Assembly: GCA_051819685.1 (NCBI GenBank)
Contig: JBNJGI010000002.1
Location: 2,638-66,637, forward strand
Direction of reading: 5' to 3'
Length of the DNA stretch: 64,000 nucleotides
Origin: Nanobdellota archaeon
GTDB taxonomy: Archaea > Nanobdellota > Nanobdellia > Woesearchaeales > DATGWN01
Shown: positions 37,414 to 47,043 of the stretch, in pieces
Layout of the letters: the number at the start of each line of letters is the position of its first letter
Position numbering within the stretch: the first letter of the stretch is position 1
Program-made: the position numbers and the translations under genes
The notes under the pieces: model-generated
The model's input: only the letters and a program-made list of their open reading frames with translations
Told to the model about the DNA's origin: nothing
Databases searched by the model: none

Positions 37414-40400
37414 TTAATGTTTCCTGTATTTCTTAAGAAGATGGTATATTGTTGTCAAAGGCCATCCAAGATCTATAAGGTGTTCTTTAATTTGTTTAAG
37501 TGTATATCCATCTCTGATCCATTTCTTAACTTGTATATTGATTTTTATCATGGCTGTATAATAATTCAGGTTGGAATATATTTTTTCATTATCATATCCA
37601 TTTATTAAAAGCTCTTCTTCAATTTCTTTTTCAGTCTTATTTTTGACTTTAAGATTATGTATCAATTTAAGCATATTTTCATCAATCTTTTCCATATTTA
37701 TGGCTTTTTTGTATTCTTTAGATATATTATCTATCTTACCTTTAACTTCATTTTCTTTCCAGCCAGTTTCAATTAATGCAGCCAGTATTTTTTCCTTACT
37801 TACTCCTTTTTTGAATTGTCTCTTAATATATTGTTCAAGTTTATTTTCAAGTGTTTTTTCATCTAAATACTGATTTTGTTCTGTTTTTTTATCACTTCCA
37901 TACATCTCTTTACTTTTTTTCTTAGTTTTAACTACAACTACTGAACTTGTAACCAATAATAATGCCAAAATAATTCCTATTATTATATATATCATATTTC
38001 CTATAGATTCAAATATACCTTTCTCTTCTTTCTCATCTTCAGGAGAAGGATAATCTGTTTCAGGATTATTATTATCCCATTCTACATCATCATCTTTTCC
38101 ATCCTCATCAGTTGTATCTTCTTCCTTATCATCTTTTACAGGATAATCATCTTTTTCAATCTCCTTTTTCCCTATAGCCCAATATGAAAATCCAGGAATT
38201 GAAACTTCATAAACATAATTATTTTTATTCTCGCTTATAAATTCCAGATTGTATTCTTTCCATGCATTATTTTCCCATCTATAAATTACAGCATTATCTT
38301 TATTTATCCCTTTGTCATTATTTTTATCTATTTCTATTTTCATACCTGCTTCACTTATTTTTGAATCTTCTATATTATTTGTTTTTATTTCAAATAATTC
38401 ATAAGCATCTATAAAATCAACATCTTCAGGCACCGATAAAATAGGTTTTAGTTCAATTTTCGCATAATCTAAATTTTCATTATAAGTGAAATCCAATTTA
38501 TTCACTGAAGTTTTTTCATTATTAATCTCAAAATCATTTGAAGTTCCACTTTCTATCTCATATAATCTTTTTACTGAACTTGTGGATACAGGTGCATAAC
38601 TTCCTCCGGAACTTCCTCCAGAACTTCCTCCGGAAGTTCCTCCGCCACCTTCATCTGTTTCTTCCTTATCAGTTATACATTTCTCATTGAAACCTATAAA
38701 TAATGAATTCTTATCATAATTCAGATCATTACAGCTTAAATTTGTGTTTTTTAATGTTATATTATGGTTTGAGCTATTCCCTCTTATATCTTCAACACTG
38801 ATATTAAGGTAGTAATCACCAATATCAGCTTCAATCATTGTTCCGAATATTATTCCTTTATCGGGTTTCATTCTTAAGTATCCGTCATTTCCATCAATTT
38901 CATCTTTATTTTCAAGGGAATAATTAAAACTATCAAGATCTGGGTCGTAGAAGTATTCCCTTAGATTTATTTCAGAATCGGTGATGATACTTTTATTCCA
39001 GAAAATGGTCGGTAATTTTGTTTTATTTTCTGGTTTTCTATTATCGATAATTATTGTCTTAAGACTGCTTGTCACATTATTATCTGCATAATCTGCAACA
39101 GTAACATTAAAGTCAAAAGAAAGACTGCTATTTAGTCTTGATTGGTTTGTATTCAAAGTTAATATAAAACTACTATCATCTTTACTTGACATAATTTTAT
39201 TTTCGAAATCACCTGTCTCATTTGATTTCAATATAGCTTTTTTAATACCATATGTATCATCAGCCATTATTTCAACAGTGATATTTTCATCATTATAATA
39301 TTTACCTTCTCCATTGATTTGATTAATTTTAGGATTTCCATTATCTTTGACTAAATCTATTTTTTTATTTTCTATCTGTCCTGAAATTCCGGATGCTGTT
39401 ATATTTAAAGTATATTGTCTTTCATTCATGCTTGTCATATCAATTCTTTTTTCTATAGTATCTGCAATTGTATCTGTAATAGTACTTTGTGTTTGTTTCG
39501 CTATTTCTCCAGAAACTTCATTTATAATATTGTATTCTATTTTGTTAGCATTATATACTTTTACTTTAAAAGGCATGCTTTCATTAAAATATATATCTTC
39601 ATTATAATAGTTATCTGAGTCTATTACCATCAAAAGACTGTTATCATCATAATAATTTAAATTATTGCTCATTATTGAATATCTTTCATCCACTTTAGTT
39701 ATAGCTTCAACTTCTGCATTCAATGTAAAATCTGAATCAAAGCTATCATTAAGCAATACTGTTATGTTAGGTTTATCTGATATGTATTCTTTTTTCTCAT
39801 TACCATTTTTAATTATAGTTATGTTATAATGGTCTATCAATTCTTTAAGATTCGGTTCATCCCATGTGATATTTAATTCATTACTTCTTAATCTTGTATT
39901 ATTTCCTGTAACATTATCAGATAATCTGACATTACTGAATACAGGTTCATATTTTTTATAATCAATGCATCTTGTCGTATATATAGGTGAATATACCATC
40001 CATTTTGACACTGTCTGGAATTCCAGGTAATAACATTTATCATCTGAAGGATTATCAATACTTATATTAGCGGAAGATCCATTATCGATAAAATCTTCTT
40101 TAATAATATTTGCCACTCCTTTTTGATTATCATTTTCATAGAGCTTGAAATAGGTTTTATCCATTTTCTCTTCATTGTTTTCAAATTCCCATGAAATGTT
40201 TACAAGATTCCCTCTAATATAATCATTTCTTCCGAGATAACCATCAAAAAAATCATAATCGCTCAATCTAATATCATCTGAATCATATATAAATTTCTTA
40301 TTTTCATTTCCAGAATTACCTGCTTTATCATGAATACTTACATTCACTTTATAATCATTGCTTTGGAAGTTATCATCCATATTATAATTAATAGATATGC

Positions 40401-43400
40401 TGTTGATATTTTTACTCACACTAAATTCATTTATAAGGTCTTCTTTATCATCTAAAACGAACGTATCGTTAGTCTTGTTATAATAAATAACGCTTCTATT
40501 AATATTTGCTGTAGATATTTTACCGAAAGTTATGTTTATATTTTTATCATAATCAATAAGATAGTTATCATCTATTTCTATTTTCATAGAACTTAGCTTG
40601 TGGATGATACTTTCGTTTTCTATAGTATTATTTATTTTTATTGAAGGTTCTTTCATATCATTCACAACAGAATCTGTTAATTTTAATTCTCCACCATCAT
40701 CCGAAAGGAATTTAATTATATTGGTTGCATTTTCTTTTATACTCATATTGAACTCAAATCTTCCAGTGATGTAAGAATGATCATAAAGATTTATGATATC
40801 ACCTTTTTCAGCCCTATCTTCCAAAGTATCATTCAATTCTATAATTAGATAATCAGGATTTGAATCAGTTATATTTTTATTATATTCATAATATTTCAGA
40901 TTATCTCTTATCTTACTTTTTCCGAGACCTATATATTTTGATTCTCCTTCTTTAAGAGAAAAATTATCCTTATTATAACCTCTGTCATCTTTTATAATAT
41001 AAATAGTTTTATCTCCTTCTTCAGCATCTTTAGCAAGTTCAGCGCTATGCACAACAGTATTATTATAAAATAATGATTTATTTTTTGTTACATTAGGATA
41101 GCTATCATAAATTGTTTCATTGTAGGCATATGCTGTAATGTTGGTATTATTAGTTTCCAATAATCCTGTTACTTTAATCTTGTTTTTATTTGTAAAGCTC
41201 GGTAATGGATTTACAGAAATTTCATAAGTTGTTTCTATAGTTCTATTAGAACCGGAAGTATTAAAACTGCTTCTAAGGCCTCTATTATCTTCTACCCTTA
41301 CTGAACATCTGACATCGCCTTTTTGTTCAGTAGAAAATTCTTTATAATCCTTACCATCACCTTCTTTTACTGTCTGGTAACCATAACCTTCGTCAAACTC
41401 CCATATATAATGGGTTGCACTTTTATTTTCCTGATCATTATTCCATCCACTATCAGGAACTTCATTACTATTATAATCATAATCACAGACAAACTCTGCT
41501 ATACCACTAGAAGTTTCTCTTGAAATTGTTACATTTTCAGCAGAAGGTATTGCATTTATCTTATAATCAATTATGGAGGAGTTTGAACATTGTTCTTTAT
41601 CACATACAAAGAAATATAATGTATCATTACCATTTTCTTCCATACTTATTTTACTTGAAAGTTCTATCGGATTTTCTATTGTATATGTATCTGTATAATC
41701 TATTGTCTTATCAAGACACCCTGTAACTGATACATCAGAAGAATTACAGATATACCCTGCAACCCTGTCACTATTTGAATCACTCCATCCAATATCAAAA
41801 TTATATGTTTTATTTTCATCAGTAAGGTTTAATCCATTGAATTCAGGAATATCTTCAGTAACTTCTGTAATAAAAGGTTTGTTTTCAATAAGGGGTTCTT
41901 CAGTATTTTCTCTAATGGCAATCCTGCTGGAGTTTGTTATTTGTTTCTTTGGAGCATCAGTGAATTCAATCTGGCAGTACCAATAATCTCCTTCTTCAGT
42001 TCTTATATTAGAAATTGTTTCTACATTTCTATATTGTTCTTCAAAACTATTAACTCCTATATTTTTATACCATATTATACTTATATTTGTTCCTACAATA
42101 TCGTCCCAATCTGAATTATTATAAATATTACCGCTCTGATTAAAAGTGAAATCACATTTAAGATTATCATCAGGCGATGATATATTATTATCGAATATTT
42201 TATTATCCGAAGAATTTACAATATTAATTCCTATATTCTCTCTTTCAACAGCTAATGTATAGTTTTCTTGTGAATTTTTATTAGCTTCAAGGTGTCCTGT
42301 CTCATCCATCACAAAAACTGTATAATTCTTATTTCCAGGACTCTCTTCAGGTATTGTCATAGAAATGCTTTTTGAATTTATACCCCTGCTCCCGAATACA
42401 TTTTCATTCCTATAGAGTTCACCATAAATACATCCGCTGTTCCTAATAATAGAGTTTGCTTCACTTGAGTTACCTTCACAAATATATATCCTATAATTAG
42501 TGGAATCTATATCATACCATTCTATATCTACATCAATCTGACTTCCGGAATATATTTTTTTATCCACATGGTCTTGTACATCTATAATAGCAGGCCTGTT
42601 CCCATCATCTTGTTCGTAGTCACTACTTACAATCTCTACAACCTCTGATGTATTTTTTTCACCCTCTAAGAATTCATCTATCGGAGTTACAGAGCATTTC
42701 CATTTATCTCCTGCTTCAGTAATACCATAAGGAAGTTCTTCCATATTTTCTTCAGCGCAAATACCTGATTCATAACAATTAGTCCATGTTTCAGAATTTT
42801 TGTTCTGTAAATACCAATCTATTGAATAATTGTTTCCACTAATATTCCAACGATTATCTTCATCTGTTATACTGAAATTGCATTTAAGGGTTTGGTTATC
42901 TTTCGCAATCCCCTCACTCTCGATATAATTATCAGGAGTTTTATTTAATTTATATAAAGTTACATTTTCAGCTTTTGGAGCATGATTCATATAATAATTT
43001 CCTTTTTTCGCTAAAGAGGTATCTTCACCATCTGATACAAAAACTGAATAAGATTGATTTAATTTGTCTGAAGGTTTGACCTCATAATCACACATAATTT
43101 CCGGTTGAGTTTCGCCTATGTTACTCACAGCAGTGCACATCAGATTGTCGCCACAACCCTCTCCCTCAGGATCATATCCTTCAGATACATAAAGGTTATC
43201 TGAACTGAAATTAAGTCTTCCTGTATTGTCATGTCCTGTTGTATTTGAAATTGTAAATATTTCTTCCCCTGAAGTTTTATTATAACTTGAATTATATTTC
43301 AAGGTAAAATAATTATTTCCGCTACCTTCAATATTACAAGTGGAATCATCAGTATCATTATTGATACATATCTTTATCGCGAAATCTTTTCCATCTTCAA

Positions 43401-46107
43401 CAACAGCATTATCAGTTACAAATCTTCTTGTCCTGTTCTTGACAAGAATGTTATTCTCATCTTTCATAATTAAAGTTGCATTACTTTTTGGGATTTTCCC
43501 ATATTCGTCTGTTTCATACACATATATATCAAAAATGGGTTCAGATATATTGGTTGAAGTTCCATTGGATATATCTGTGGCTTTCAACCATATTTCCCCT
43601 AGAGGCAGACCGTTATTTTCATGGAATAACCATAATGCGTTACTATTTGCATCAGAAGAATCTCCTATTTTTATTTCTTCATTTGATCCTTTTTTCTCTT
43701 TATTAGAGTAATCTTTACAAAAAGCGAAAGCAAGCTGTCCGTTTCCTAAGTCTGAATCATATGCTTCAGCATATAATTTAAGCACATCACCTTGATTTAC
43801 AGGCGAGTTGATATTAGCAGTATTATTTGTGTATCTGATAATTGGTACAAGATTCTCATCATATGTCTTTATTGTAGAGTTTTTCCAAGAACTATTCATT
43901 TCTTCATCCGATACCTTTACTGAACAGATAACTTCATCTCTGTCATCATATATAGGATATTCTAAAGTATTGCTATTCTCACTTTTTATCTTATAAAACT
44001 CTCCTATCCCTTCATTTTTAATAAACCATTTGAAATAACTGTCGGTTTGCTCATCATTATCTACATCATCAAAAGTATAATTACACAATAAATATTTTTT
44101 ATCCTCATTTGATTTATTAATTATTTGGATATTAGTTGGTTGAGGTTTTGCATTTGGAGTTGTTTTTTTGAAATTTTCAATAACTTTGAAATTTTCATTA
44201 TTCTGAAATGCAGTGAATTCAACACTAAAGTTTTTATCTTCTTCTAATATTATACTTCCATCATTGAAATTATAGGAACATTCATGTAGATTTTTATCGA
44301 AATCATATTCATTACAGTCAATCCTGTTTGTAATATAAGGTGTTTCTTTATAAACTCCGCTAGCGTTGAAAAATATGCTTTCACTTGAATCATTAATCTT
44401 GAAATTAAGTATAACATCATTATTACTTCTATTCATAGTTATATTAGGGTCGCCATAAATTCTTGGATATAAATCTCCTTCAGCTGAAACAGTTTGTGAA
44501 GAATCACTCGGGTAAGTATAACTTTCTTCATTTTTGTAATTAACTGTGAGTTCGTAGCTATATATTTGTCCTTCTTCTATGCTTTTATTATCAATGTAAT
44601 ATCCTTTTGAAAGGTTTTCTCCCGAGCTTATCGTAGTAAGATCATCAAACCCAGATCCCTTGTCTCTATCTATACTAATATTATTAACATCTAAATAATT
44701 TAATGTCCATTCTATTATAATTGAGGCATTATCGTAATGTTCAGCATTTACTGAATCAAAATTACCCTTATAGAAGTTTTTATCTCCTATTGTTTTATTA
44801 TTAGACGAATCAATCCATCCTGATTCATTTGTTCCATCACTCACATTTACTGAACATCTGATATCCATATCATCAAAAGAACCGTTCCTGTATATATTAT
44901 CTTCTAATTGTTGTTCTTTTTCTCCAGAAATATCATTCCAGCTTCCATCATAATATTGCCATCTAAAGTCTGGATATCCTCCTGAATCATCCTCACTATC
45001 TCCATCAATATCACTAAAACTGTAAGAACATTCAAGAAATTCATCAGAATATTCATCAATTTCTAATTTAACTTCTACATCAGCACTTGGAGGGGTGTTT
45101 TGAACATTTTTGGTACTTGTTAAAGTTGTAAATTTATTTGTATCGCTATCTTTGATTGTTCCTTCAAATAAAATGTCTTCATCTGCCTGTATGTCATTTA
45201 AATATTTAGTAACATTACAATAATGAGTTGTTGAATTATGTCTTTGACAATTAGCTTGATCTGTATATTCAGTTCCATTATAAGTGTAATTATAATATAA
45301 AGTTAAGGTATCTGCAGAATTCTTATCTTCAACTGAAACATCCCATTTAACTTCGTTTTCTGTTTTATCCATTGATATTGTTCCTTCGGCATTAGTAGGT
45401 CCGTAATTTATCTTCACATTTTTAGTAGTAGTATATTCTTCTCCGCATGTATAAATGATAGTTACATTATATTCTAATAGATTACCATCTTCAGTCCTAT
45501 AAACTTTATCTTCATACGAATCTTCGCCGACTGAATTAATATCAATATCATGTTGTCCTGATTTATTTTCAATACGGATTTTATCCAGATTTTCTTCGTA
45601 TACATCTTCACTATTAACTTTGTAATTAGCAGGATCCCAAGTTATGTTGATTGTTCCATTTCCTTTTTCTTCAAGAGATACAGAATCTAATTCATAAAAA
45701 TATTCTTCAAGAGTTGTAATTGGATCAAAAGTATATGATGCATAATCTGTAGAATTGCTTGCATTTATTTTAACTTTTATAAGTTGGTCTCTTTTTGATT
45801 CAAAATTATATTCTGTTTCAGTTATTTCTGTTCCGACAGTTCTCCAATCTATATTATCCCACTTTTTTAAAGTACCATCATCAGTTTGATTTTTTACATG
45901 AATTGTATAATTCGCATTAGTTATATCGGAAGCATCCCATTCAAGCTTTAGGATAAAATTGTTAATGCTATAATTATGAACAGTGTCTATAAGATTTGTC
46001 GGTTCGTTTGCTGCTATTGAATTAATTGAAAAAATTGAAAATAATATAAGAATCAATGCTAAAACAAAAACAAGCTTCACTCTTCCATTTTTATTTAATA
46101 ATCTCAT
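37414..46107 (-). CDS. giant (2897 aa) type I membrane surface protein, probably heavily N-glycosylated adhesin/S-layer-like
   Basis: Signal peptide MRLLNKNGRVKLVFVLALILILFSIFSINSIAA, with a very dense set of N-x-S/T sequons. At least 5 Cys-pair modules are present (LECSYSFSDIDGD...IRCSVNVSDG; LLCNYTFDDVDND...VICSVKVSDE; LKCNFSITDEDN...WKCSVTPID; LKCDFTFNQSG...WYCQIEFTD; FVCDYDYNSNE...VRCSVRVEDN). These are followed by a (GGS)n linker, a PGF-pre-PGF-like domain (...VSIPGFSYWAIG), an acidic stalk, a TM (IYIIIGIILALLLVTSSVVVV), and a ~190-aa basic cytoplasmic tail. Confidence 0.85.
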   Translation of the reverse strand: MRLLNKNGRVKLVFVLALILILFSIFSINSIAANEPTNLIDTVHNYSINNFILKLEWDASDITNANYTIHVKNQTDDGTLKKWDNIDWRTVGTEITETEYNFESKRDQLIKVKINASNSTDYASYTFDPITTLEEYFYELDSVSLEEKGNGTINITWDPANYKVNSEDVYEENLDKIRIENKSGQHDIDINSVGEDSYEDKVYRTEDGNLLEYNVTIIYTCGEEYTTTKNVKINYGPTNAEGTISMDKTENEVKWDVSVEDKNSADTLTLYYNYTYNGTEYTDQANCQRHNSTTHYCNVTKYLNDIQADEDILFEGTIKDSDTNKFTTLTSTKNVQNTPPSADVEVKLEIDEYSDEFLECSYSFSDIDGDSEDDSGGYPDFRWQYYDGSWNDISGEKEQQLEDNIYRNGSFDDMDIRCSVNVSDGTNESGWIDSSNNKTIGDKNFYKGNFDSVNAEHYDNASIIIEWTLNYLDVNNISIDRDKGSGFDDLTTISSGENLSKGYYIDNKSIEEGQIYSYELTVNYKNEESYTYPSDSSQTVSAEGDLYPRIYGDPNITMNRSNNDVILNFKINDSSESIFFNASGVYKETPYITNRIDCNEYDFDKNLHECSYNFNDGSIILEEDKNFSVEFTAFQNNENFKVIENFKKTTPNAKPQPTNIQIINKSNEDKKYLLCNYTFDDVDNDEQTDSYFKWFIKNEGIGEFYKIKSENSNTLEYPIYDDRDEVICSVKVSDEEMNSSWKNSTIKTYDENLVPIIRYTNNTANINSPVNQGDVLKLYAEAYDSDLGNGQLAFAFCKDYSNKEKKGSNEEIKIGDSSDANSNALWLFHENNGLPLGEIWLKATDISNGTSTNISEPIFDIYVYETDEYGKIPKSNATLIMKDENNILVKNRTRRFVTDNAVVEDGKDFAIKICINNDTDDSTCNIEGSGNNYFTLKYNSSYNKTSGEEIFTISNTTGHDNTGRLNFSSDNLYVSEGYDPEGEGCGDNLMCTAVSNIGETQPEIMCDYEVKPSDKLNQSYSVFVSDGEDTSLAKKGNYYMNHAPKAENVTLYKLNKTPDNYIESEGIAKDNQTLKCNFSITDEDNRWNISGNNYSIDWYLQNKNSETWTNCYESGICAEENMEELPYGITEAGDKWKCSVTPIDEFLEGEKNTSEVVEIVSSDYEQDDGNRPAIIDVQDHVDKKIYSGSQIDVDIEWYDIDSTNYRIYICEGNSSEANSIIRNSGCIYGELYRNENVFGSRGINSKSISMTIPEESPGNKNYTVFVMDETGHLEANKNSQENYTLAVERENIGINIVNSSDNKIFDNNISSPDDNLKCDFTFNQSGNIYNNSDWDDIVGTNISIIWYKNIGVNSFEEQYRNVETISNIRTEEGDYWYCQIEFTDAPKKQITNSSRIAIRENTEEPLIENKPFITEVTEDIPEFNGLNLTDENKTYNFDIGWSDSNSDRVAGYICNSSDVSVTGCLDKTIDYTDTYTIENPIELSSKISMEENGNDTLYFFVCDKEQCSNSSIIDYKINAIPSAENVTISRETSSGIAEFVCDYDYNSNEVPDSGWNNDQENKSATHYIWEFDEGYGYQTVKEGDGKDYKEFSTEQKGDVRCSVRVEDNRGLRSSFNTSGSNRTIETTYEISVNPLPSFTNKNKIKVTGLLETNNTNITAYAYNETIYDSYPNVTKNKSLFYNNTVVHSAELAKDAEEGDKTIYIIKDDRGYNKDNFSLKEGESKYIGLGKSKIRDNLKYYEYNKNITDSNPDYLIIELNDTLEDRAEKGDIINLYDHSYITGRFEFNMSIKENATNIIKFLSDDGGELKLTDSVVNDMKEPSIKINNTIENESIIHKLSSMKIEIDDNYLIDYDKNINITFGKISTANINRSVIYYNKTNDTFVLDDKEDLINEFSVSKNINSISINYNMDDNFQSNDYKVNVSIHDKAGNSGNENKKFIYDSDDIRLSDYDFFDGYLGRNDYIRGNLVNISWEFENNEEKMDKTYFKLYENDNQKGVANIIKEDFIDNGSSANISIDNPSDDKCYYLEFQTVSKWMVYSPIYTTRCIDYKKYEPVFSNVRLSDNVTGNNTRLRSNELNITWDEPNLKELIDHYNITIIKNGNEKKEYISDKPNITVLLNDSFDSDFTLNAEVEAITKVDERYSIMSNNLNYYDDNSLLMVIDSDNYYNEDIYFNESMPFKVKVYNANKIEYNIINEVSGEIAKQTQSTITDTIADTIEKRIDMTSMNERQYTLNITASGISGQIENKKIDLVKDNGNPKINQINGEGKYYNDENITVEIMADDTYGIKKAILKSNETGDFENKIMSSKDDSSFILTLNTNQSRLNSSLSFDFNVTVADYADNNVTSSLKTIIIDNRKPENKTKLPTIFWNKSIITDSEINLREYFYDPDLDSFNYSLENKDEIDGNDGYLRMKPDKGIIFGTMIEADIGDYYLNISVEDIRGNSSNHNITLKNTNLSCNDLNYDKNSLFIGFNEKCITDKEETDEGGGGTSGGSSGGSSGGSYAPVSTSSVKRLYEIESGTSNDFEINNEKTSVNKLDFTYNENLDYAKIELKPILSVPEDVDFIDAYELFEIKTNNIEDSKISEAGMKIEIDKNNDKGINKDNAVIYRWENNAWKEYNLEFISENKNNYVYEVSIPGFSYWAIGKKEIEKDDYPVKDDKEEDTTDEDGKDDDVEWDNNNPETDYPSPEDEKEEKGIFESIGNMIYIIIGIILALLLVTSSVVVVKTKKKSKEMYGSDKKTEQNQYLDEKTLENKLEQYIKRQFKKGVSKEKILAALIETGWKENEVKGKIDNISKEYKKAINMEKIDENMLKLIHNLKVKNKTEKEIEEELLINGYDNEKIYSNLNYYTAMIKINIQVKKWIRDGYTLKQIKEHLIDLGWPLTTIYHLLKKYRKH
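38599..38646 (-). repeat. 4 x 12-nt tandem repeat encoding the Gly/Ser linker of the giant protein
   Basis: acttcctccgga / acttcctccaga / acttcctccgga / agttcctccgcc on the + strand, encoding GGGGTSGGSSGGSSGGS. Confidence 0.9.
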
Positions 46108-46394
46108 ATCAGATCTAAGTTACCCTCCTTAGTTTTCCGGTAATCTTCTTTCGATTTTTCAATATTTTCTTTGTCAACACCAATCTTTTCAGACTTTTCA
46201 GAAATTTCATCAGTTATTTTTGAATTATCATCCAATGTTTCCAAAGGCACTTTTTTTAAAAGGATTCCTTCATCAGTAATAGAATAAGCATAAAATCCTG
46301 TTCCTTCCTCTATTCCAAGGTCTTGTCTTATATCTTTAGGTATTACAACCTGTCCTCTTTTATCGCATTGGACGATTCTTGGAAACTTTTTCAT
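46104..46394 (-). CDS. AbrB/MazE/SpoVT-family DNA-binding protein
   Basis: CDKRGQVVIPKDIRQDLGIEEGTGF is the swapped-hairpin barrel signature. Its TGA overlaps the ATG of the giant gene (ATGA at 46107-46104). Confidence 0.75.
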   Translation of the reverse strand: MKKFPRIVQCDKRGQVVIPKDIRQDLGIEEGTGFYAYSITDEGILLKKVPLETLDDNSKITDEISEKSEKIGVDKENIEKSKEDYRKTKEGNLDLI

Positions 46395-46409
46395 ATTTTT
46401 GAGCTCTAT

Positions 46410-46620
46410 TTCTGATTTTCAGTATTTTTATCAGATATAATTTATTTAACTTCTGATTTATAAATATTTCTATCAGTAATAAAGTATTTTATTCTCAATA
46501 TCTTAATTTTTTTCTGAAAATCAGAATTATTTTCTTAAAATTATAATTTATCCAAAGGACTTTTGATATTAATTATTCTTCAACATCAGAATCTGCTAAA
46601 ATAAAAAGTTTTTTTCAGAA
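46410..46620. promoter_or_regulatory. array of CTGA/TCAG half-sites and palindromes upstream of the AbrB-like/giant-protein operon (candidate operators)
   Basis: ctga-ttt-tcag at 46412-46422, a perfect ttctga-aaa-tcagaa at 46512-46526, and cagaatctg at 46587-46595. Further tctga/tcaga half-sites lie at 46431, 46452, 46473 and 46615. Confidence 0.4.
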
Positions 46621-46655
46621 AGTTGTATGGAGAAAGATTTCAAACGGGATTAAAT

Positions 46656-46970
46656 TCAATAAGGTTCGGGAAAAATTATCGAAGTTAGTGCTTTGTAAAC
46701 TACTGGATATTTTTCTTCCAAAGCAAACATCATTAAATTGTATTTCAATTTAAGATTATCTTTTTTTGCATAGAATTTTACATCATCAACAATTGAACCT
46801 CCTGGTAAAGGTCTTGACAATTCTCTTGCTCTATCTCTTTCCCATTCTTTTGGTTTCATAAATAATCCTCTTTCAATTTTTGACCGAGATATTACATGAT
46901 CTTTGTCAATACAAGGAATATCAGCACCTACATGTGAATCTATTGTCATAATTATCAGATATAAATTCAA
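46656..46970 (-). CDS. hypothetical protein
   Basis: ORF track only, with no recognisable motif. An alternative start (MTIDSHV) lies at 46949. Confidence 0.4.
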   Translation of the reverse strand: MNLYLIIMTIDSHVGADIPCIDKDHVISRSKIERGLFMKPKEWERDRARELSRPLPGGSIVDDVKFYAKKDNLKLKYNLMMFALEEKYPVVYKALTSIIFPEPY

Positions 46971-46992
46971 ATTTATAAATATTATGTTATTA

Positions 46993-47013
46993 TAGTAGAC
47001 GACATAAATAAAG
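46993..47013 (-). repeat. R3 fragment
   Basis: tagtagacgacataaataaag is the reverse complement of the R3 3' motif (tttatttatgtcg.c.acta). Confidence 0.45.
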
Positions 47014-47043
47014 AAATATTTTTTAAAAAATAAATATGCGCAT

